In this document: positions 57,111-64,000 of the stretch, piece by piece
How positions within the stretch are numbered: the first letter of the stretch is position 1
Layout of the letters: each line of letters starts with the position of its first letter
Program-made: the position numbers and the translations under genes
The notes under the pieces: generated by a model
The model's input: the letters and a program-made list of their open reading frames with translations, nothing else
The model's database searches: none
What the model was told of the DNA's origin: nothing
Assembly: GCF_009914755.1 (NCBI RefSeq)
Contig: NC_060925.1
Source: the human T2T-CHM13v2.0 reference genome, Homo sapiens
DNA length: 64,000 nt
Direction: 5' to 3' (one strand)

Positions 57111-59479
57111 ATAACAAAAACAAAGCACCATGGGTAGTAGCTGAGCTGCTGAGAGCACAAAGGTACACCTAGCACAGAGGGAGCCAGCAAGGGGACTTCT
57201 GGGAGAAGGCAACAACTGAGAAAAGTCCTGATTCACAGCGTTCAGCACGTGAGGGTGCTCCATGCAGAGGGAACAGCAGGGACAAAGGCAAGAGCGCACA
57301 GAGAACCCCATCAGTGAGACCTGGTTGGGTCACAGCGAGAAGGGTGAGGGGTAAGGCTGGAGAAGTGGCCAGGGACTGGAGGTTGGGGAGCCTAGGGCTT
57401 ACCCAGAAGGTGACAGGGAGCCATAGATGACTTTTCAGCAGGGCGATGTTGGTCAGATTTCTAGGGAAGTGTGGAGGCTGAGTTGGAAGGGTGGGGCTAG
57501 AGGTCAAGAGACCAGCTGGGAGGCCACTGAGGTGGCAGCAGCCTGAACAGGACCAGGGCAAAGGGAATGCAGGGAAGCATGTGGTTCCAGGGACATTTCC
57601 AGGTGGAATGACCAGGTTGTGGTAACTGTTGTCTTAGTTGATCCCAGCTTCTTCATCCTCTGGGGAGGAGGCCGAGTTATTCAAACCTCCAAAGCCCTTG
57701 AGGAAGGAGTCAGAGCAGGGTGAGGGCAGCCTTGACGTCACTCCCCAGCCCTCCACTGGCTCTTCCCTCTTTCCCAGTATACTGAATCAGAAAGGCTTTG
57801 GGAGAGCTGGGCCCAGCCCCAAGAGAGGAAAACTCGGTAGTGAGCAGAGGCTGCAGTGGGGGCGTGGTGAGAACCAGCCTCCAGGGGCCTCGGTTCTCAT
57901 GCCCTCAAGGGTCAGAATTAAGTGGGGCAGTTGTTAGCTTCAGAAATCCAGGAGACTCAGTTCAGCCTGGCCCTGAGGGAGAGGCCTAGAGGGGAAGCCA
58001 GCCCAGCCGGATCCCTCAGGGCAGCTAGCCCTGAAGTTCTCAGGTCTGCGTGTCCCCAAAGATGTCCTCCTGCTGGTCCTGAAGACAGAACCCTCAGGGA
58101 CCCGGCCCTGGGGCCCAGGGAATCCAAGGACTAAATCTTGCTGTGGAGGAACAGGGACTTCTGTGCCACCAGCCCCAGGCCTCAACAGCCCCCTGCCACC
58201 TTCCCTTTCCTCAGCTGCGCCAGCCCCTACCACCCTCTAAGAACAACCCACAGACCCTTTTTGTTACAGTATCACAATGTTTTTAGCCACCACTCACTTG
58301 AAAAACTTTATGTACCACTATTACACTATGTGCTTTGATCACACTGTATGCCATCAACCCCACAAAGTAGATACTATCACTATTCTCATTCTGTAGAGGA
58401 AGAAATTGAGGCACAGGGATTTGAGTAACTTGCCTAAGGGTACGGGAGTCAACAGCAAAGTCTCAGCTCCTGGGCTCAGCCACCAACAACATCTCAGCAC
58501 TCCGAGGGCAGTGGCCACAGTCTCAGAACCCCACAGCTCCAGGCCCTCGAGCCACACTCATGCCGCCCCTCTACCTAGAATGCTCTTCCCTTCCACTTGG
58601 CTAATGGAGGGGGAAAAGCATTTCCTCTCCTCCAGGAAATGTTCCTAACCAAGTCCCCTGGGAATCACCCAGTACCTCTCAGGAGAACTTTCCACATTTA
58701 TTATCTTACCGTTATCCAAGGGCTGATATGCTCAATCCCTGCACCAGCCAGTGAGGGAGGAGGCCAGAGACCAAGTTTGGCTGGTTCCTCAGGGTATCCC
58801 CAGGTCCCCAAGCAGCGTCTGCAGCACAGCAGATGCTCACTGATGCTCATCCACCTGTGATGCCTGAATGCATGAAGGCAGGCTCCGCATAGCCCTTTCA
58901 TTCCTATGGATGTCCCCCACACCACCCAGCCACCATTTAGAGGCATAAGAACGGGGTCCAAGCTAAAGGTCAGGTGGTTCCCCCACCCCCAGTCTCAAGG
59001 AGTCCATGGGAATTGCTTAATGGCCTCTGATTGTGTAGCCTGCCCAGACATGGGGATGTTTGAGAATTCTGGAAGAACGTGGGCTGGGCGTGGATAGAGA
59101 CGCCTGCTCCACCATGTATGCTGGAGGTGTGGATTACAACCCCTGTCCCCCATTGGAGCTTCCCGCGCCGTAATTAGCCTTGATCGCCTCATCCTGGCAC
59201 ACTAGGGCCAGCCACCTAGCAAATGAGTGGTCCCCACACTCCATCCCCATCCGCCCACCCCTCACAGCCCCGCAGGCCAGTTGCCCAGATCCACAGCCCT
59301 TACTGCAACCCCTTCAAATCCAGCCACCCTGAGAGATCCTGGCCTGGGAGAACTCTCCTTCCCTGGCCAAAGAAACGACAGGAGAGTTTACTGTCTGGAA
59401 TACCTGGTGGAGAGAGAACAGAGGAGAGGAAGGGTAGGTCAGCCCCTCTTGCCCCTCCCCACCGCAAATCACACAGGCC

Positions 59480-59900
59480 CACCTCCCCGGAGTGGGTTTA
59501 GGGAGTCTGCACCTCCCAGTCCCCGCCCCCGCCCTCTCTCCAGCGCCCGCCGCCCTCCCCGTCGCGTTTCCTGCCCCCACCCCGCCCCTCTGCGCTATTT
59601 AAGGCGCCCCCGCCGCTCGTGCGGTCCAGCAGGGCTCCCGCGGGCGTCACTCCGGCCATCGTCCCCACCTCCACCTGGGCCGCCCGGCAGGCAGGCGGTG
59701 AGTCGGGGGCTAGGAAGGGACCAGGGGCGCCACCTGCTCGCGGGAGGCCGGGAGGAGTCTTGGGTCCTCCGATGCCGGGACGGGGGTTGCTGCGGAACGC
59801 CCGCCGCGACAGAGCCGCGCTCACCCAGGTGGCCTTGGCCAGGCTCCCACCCTCTTTCCATGGAATCCTTGTAACAACCCGAGGCGGGAGGAATACTATT
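59480..59900 (+). promoter_or_regulatory. GJA4: CpG island: GJA4 promoter, TATA-like TATTTAA (59596-59602) and non-coding exon 1 ending at donor GCG|GTGAGT (59697/59698)
   Basis: Sp/KLF boxes ccccgccccc 59521-59530 and ccccaccccgcccc 59575-59588, ETS core TTTCCTG 59567-59573, TATA-like box, donor; acceptor ctgac...tctgtctccttgcag ends 60825. Confidence 0.85.
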
Positions 59901-60842
59901 GTTTCCACTCTATCGTGGAGGAGACTGAGGGGCCCAGAGGTTGTTCCTTATCCAAGGGGCCGCAGTTACTAAAAGGCAAGATTTGAACCCAGGGCCGCTT
60001 CCAGAGCCTGGCTCTAAACAGCTTTGCACTTGGGAAGAGGCACCTCCCCCTTGGGAACTTTGTGGCCTGTGCCTCACCCTGCAATGACAATTCCTTTCAA
60101 GAGTCTAGAATTTGCCAGCATCAGCTTTGGAGGTGGAAGGGGGTGGGAGTGGAGGTGGAGGAAGAAGACAGGACCAAGTGTCCCTCCTCAAGTGGCAGGT
60201 GGTCATTATTGCTGACCGGTGGAGCTAAAGGATGATGCTGCCTTCAGCTCCTAAAACCCCTTCCGCTACCCAGCCCCTGCAGGCTCAAAGATTAGAGTGA
60301 AGCCAGCTGGGTAAGATATGAGGCGGGGAGCAGGGACCTGAGGCTTTGAGCCCCCTAAGAAGCAGAAGATAACACCTCTACCATCATCACTAGCTCCCAC
60401 TGTCTGGGGGTAGCCAGCCTTGGGCAAAAGGGAGGAAGGGCTTAGCCCAGCTGCACAACTTTGGATAAGTTCCTCAAATTCTGTTCCCATAGGCAAAGGA
60501 GCCTCAACTCCACCCAGATTTCCTTGGCCTGTGTCCATCCTGGGGCAGTGGCTCGGGGACAAGAGGGACATAGATGTCTGATTAGGCAGGGACCTTAGCC
60601 AAAGCAGAATGAGACCATACAAAGAGGTGGGCAGCCATCATCCAAAAATCTGGGTTGGGTCCTGCCTGCACTGCTGAGTGGGAGCCTCCAGGCCAGTCCT
60701 TCCCCTTCCTGAGCCTGGGTTTCTTTGTAGGTAGAACGGGCGTGGCAGACCTCCCTGCAGGCTTGTTGCTGGGCGAACGAGAAGGATGCCATGCTGACAC
60801 ACTGACGTGCTCTGTCTCCTTGCAGACGGAGGCCCGGGAGCC

Positions 60843-61844
60843 ATGGGTGACTGGGGCTTCCTGGAGAAGTTGCTGGACCAGGTCCAGGAGCACTCGACCG
60901 TGGTGGGTAAGATCTGGCTGACGGTGCTCTTCATCTTCCGCATCCTCATCCTGGGCCTGGCCGGCGAGTCAGTGTGGGGTGACGAGCAGTCAGATTTCGA
61001 GTGTAACACGGCCCAGCCAGGCTGCACCAACGTCTGCTATGACCAGGCCTTCCCCATCTCCCACATCCGCTACTGGGTGCTGCAGTTCCTCTTCGTCAGC
61101 ACACCCACCCTGGTCTACCTGGGCCATGTCATTTACCTGTCTCGGCGAGAAGAGCGGCTGCGGCAGAAGGAGGGGGAGCTGCGGGCACTGCCGGCCAAGG
61201 ACCCACAGGTGGAGCGGGCGCTGGCGGCCGTAGAGCGTCAGATGGCCAAGATCTCGGTGGCAGAAGATGGTCGCCTGCGCATCCGCGGAGCACTGATGGG
61301 CACCTATGTCGCCAGTGTGCTCTGCAAGAGTGTGCTAGAGGCAGGCTTCCTCTATGGCCAGTGGCGCCTGTACGGCTGGACCATGGAGCCCGTGTTTGTG
61401 TGCCAGCGAGCACCCTGCCCCTACCTCGTGGACTGCTTTGTCTCTCGCCCCACGGAGAAGACCATCTTCATCATCTTCATGTTGGTGGTTGGACTCATCT
61501 CCCTGGTGCTTAACCTGCTGGAGTTGGTGCACCTGCTGTGTCGCTGCCTCAGCCGGGGGATGAGGGCACGGCAAGGCCAAGACGCACCCCCGACCCAGGG
61601 CACCTCCTCAGACCCTTACACGGACCAGGTCTTCTTCTACCTCCCCGTGGGCCAGGGGCCCTCATCCCCACCATGCCCCACCTACAATGGGCTCTCATCC
61701 AGTGAGCAGAACTGGGCCAACCTGACCACAGAGGAGAGGCTGGCGTCTTCCAGGCCCCCTCTCTTCCTGGACCCACCCCCTCAGAATGGCCAAAAACCCC
61801 CAAGTCGTCCCAGCAGCTCTGCTTCTAAGAAGCAGTATGTATAG
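60843..61844 (+). CDS. GJA4: Gap junction alpha-4 protein (connexin 37), 333 aa; true start is the ATG at 60843, not the track's GTG at 60807
   Basis: MGDWGFLEKLLDQVQEHSTVVGKIW... alpha-connexin N-terminus; Kozak GCCATGG; C-terminal SKKQYV; 1002 nt = 333 codons + stop. Confidence 0.98.
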   Translation: MGDWGFLEKLLDQVQEHSTVVGKIWLTVLFIFRILILGLAGESVWGDEQSDFECNTAQPGCTNVCYDQAFPISHIRYWVLQFLFVSTPTLVYLGHVIYLSRREERLRQKEGELRALPAKDPQVERALAAVERQMAKISVAEDGRLRIRGALMGTYVASVLCKSVLEAGFLYGQWRLYGWTMEPVFVCQRAPCPYLVDCFVSRPTEKTIFIIFMLVVGLISLVLNLLELVHLLCRCLSRGMRARQGQDAPPTQGTSSDPYTDQVFFYLPVGQGPSSPPCPTYNGLSSSEQNWANLTTEERLASSRPPLFLDPPPQNGQKPPSRPSSSASKKQYV

Positions 61845-62352
61845 AGGCCTGTGGCTTATGTCACCCAACAGAGGGGTCCTGAGAAGTCTGGCTGCCTGGG
61901 ATGCCCCCTGCCCCCTCCTGGAAGGCTCTGCAGAGATGACTGGGCTGGGGAAGCAGATGCTTGCTGGCCATGGAGCCTCATTGCAAGTTGTTCTTGAACA
62001 CCTGAGGCCTTCCTGGTGCCCACCAGGCACTACGGCTTCCTCTCCAGAATGTGGCTTTGCCTGAGCACAGACAGTCAGCATGGAATGCTCTTGGCCAAGG
62101 GTACTGGGGGCCCTCTGGCCTTTTGCAGCTGATCCAGAGGAACCCAGAGCCAACTTACCCCAACCTCACCCTATGGAACAGTCACCTGTGCGCAGGTTGT
62201 CCTCAAACCCTCTCCTCACAGGAAAAGGCGGATTGAGGCTGCTGGGTCAGCCTTGATGGCACAGACAGAGCTTGTGCCGGATTTGGCCCTGTCAAGGGGA
62301 CTGGTGCCTTGTTTTCATCACTCCTTCCTAGTTCTACTGTTCAAGCTTCTGA

Positions 62353-62358
62353 AATAAA
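62353..62358 (+). terminator. GJA4: GJA4 polyadenylation signal AATAAA
   Basis: First AATAAA after the stop, followed by a gtgtgtattg GU-rich element. Confidence 0.8.
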
Positions 62359-64000
62359 CAGGACTTGATCACAAGTAGGTGTGTATTGATGCTATCATGA
62401 TGTGCTGGGGGTTGGGGGATAGAGTTATTTTGCCCAGGCTTCCTTTACTTCTTGGTCCTGTATAATCTCTTTGGTCTCTATAACCCCCGATTCCAGCCAA
62501 CACCTTGAACCCTCAAACTCATACCTTCTGCCTCCAACAGCCCTGATTTCTAAATGCTCTGCCTTTTGAAATGCCTCAGACACTATCTTCTTTTCATCCC
62601 CACTGCTCCAGCGCATTAATCAGTGGTCAAAGCATAAACGTCCTTGCCCTCCCTCCCCCATGCCCATCGTCGCCCTGGCCACACTGCCCCCTGCAAAGTG
62701 CTTCCTTACTGGATGGTTTGCTCTCCAAGCGTGCCTGCCAGCCAAGCCCTTCGCAGTCCAGTTCAGATGGGCCCTGCACTCATCCCACCTCATCCTCATC
62801 CTTGGTATTTGGGAAGGGAGGTTTAGGTCACTAGTCCTTCCTACCTTGGCCCTTTCTAGTCTGCCCACCAGGAGAAGCAACTGAAGGATTTGCTTCATAT
62901 CTGCTCTCCATGCACCCAGACCTCAGTGAGGACAATGGCAATGTACAGAAGTGGAAGAGACTGAATCTTGCCAATGAGCCACAAAGGCTGCAGAAACAAA
63001 ATGAACAATTGAACTGGGTCTTGACTAGGAGTTCACTGGGGAGGGAAAGAGAACACTGAGCATTCAAGCGGAGAAAACTGTTTGTGCAAAGTCAGAGGAG
63101 GGATTGACAGGCTGAGGGGGCATTTAGGTCCTGATGAGCCACCTAGATACAGGAGGCGTGGCTGAGGATGGGCCCACTGCTGGCAGAATTGACCTATGTG
63201 GAGGCGACCCAGGTAGGGGAGAGCACTAGGTAGTGACCCTCAGAGGCAAGCTGGTTGTCCTCCCTTCCCAGGGACATCTGGGGCTAGGGTTGAAGAAGGA
63301 AAGGGGGTCTCTCTGATGTGGCCACATGCTTCTCCTTGAGAGCCACAATGCCTTCACAGCAGGTTGGCAAGTTGGCCCCTCTCCCATCAGGATGGGTGTT
63401 GAAAACACCAGCTCTGTACCCCTCATCCAGAGCTCATTCGCTCACTCGCTGCTTACCCAGCGAGTCTGAATGCTCAGCCTAATAAATTACGACCCTCTTC
63501 CTTTTCCAGCTGTGGTTCCCATTGTTCCCTCTGAATCGCTGAAATCGATCAGGCCAGCTTCCTCATGGCTCCCAGATTCACCCAGTATGTTCCCACCCTG
63601 CCCCTGTGTCAGCATGCAGCGTCCCTGCCCCCCACACTTCGAAACTCCACAAATCCTTTAAATACTACTGGACCCTGGAAAAGGGCTTGGTGCGGAAGAG
63701 TGAGATGAGCTTATCACCAGAGGGCCCTGAATTTAAATGCTGTGGTCTGGAGTCAATCATTTCGCTTCTCTGAGTCTCAGTTTTCTAACCTCTAAAATGC
63801 AGATAACATCACCTGCCTCACAACTGACTGGAAACCAAATAAGTGAAAGTATGTGACTGTGCCTGGCTCAGTAGTCATGCAGTAAAATTAAGCTCACACC
63901 TTTCAGCCAGACTAACATAGGCTCTTCCTCCAGGAAGCGCTCTCTGACTTCTCCAGCTAGTCTCCGGCAATGACCTCTACCTCTCAGGGATCTGAACCAC

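Noticed and set aside
59227-59874. 215-aa Pro/Arg-rich ORF and similar ORFs over 47617-48871
   Set aside because: Stop-codon depletion in CpG islands; no recognisable domain.
60807-60842. 12-aa N-terminal extension of Cx37 in the ORF track (345 aa)
   Set aside because: Starts at a GTG inside the intron's branch-point/pyrimidine tract upstream of the acceptor at 60825; absent from spliced mRNA.

Overview
Human-type (primate) genomic DNA containing the known connexin (gap-junction) cluster of chromosome 1p34.3. Four intact genes lie in tandem on the + strand: GJB5 (Cx31.1, CDS 23969-24790), GJB4 (Cx30.3, 27893-28693), GJB3 (Cx31, 51392-52204) and GJA4 (Cx37, 60843-61844). Each has a short non-coding first exon, one intron and the whole CDS in exon 2. 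Splice sites, poly(A) signals and two CpG-island promoters (GJB3, GJA4) can be read from the sequence. The rest is interspersed repeats (Alu, MIR, L2, L1, MaLR LTRs, hAT/Tigger/Mariner DNA elements) plus several local duplications and a 62-bp VNTR. Almost all other ORFs in the track are repeat- or GC-bias artefacts. I found no evidence of a wholly new protein-coding system. The most interesting unexplained structure is regulatory and evolutionary: MIR-derived uORFs in the GJB4 and GJB3 5' leaders; a same-orientation MIR just upstream of all three beta-connexin coding starts; an AG|GT site that recreates a splice donor at the GJB3 acceptor; an exact 19-bp AP-1 repeat and a duplicated 320-bp block at the GJB3 promoter; mosaic identity tracts between paralogues; and nested insertions whose target-site duplications record CpG decay. 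Repeat subfamily names and boundaries are by-eye calls.
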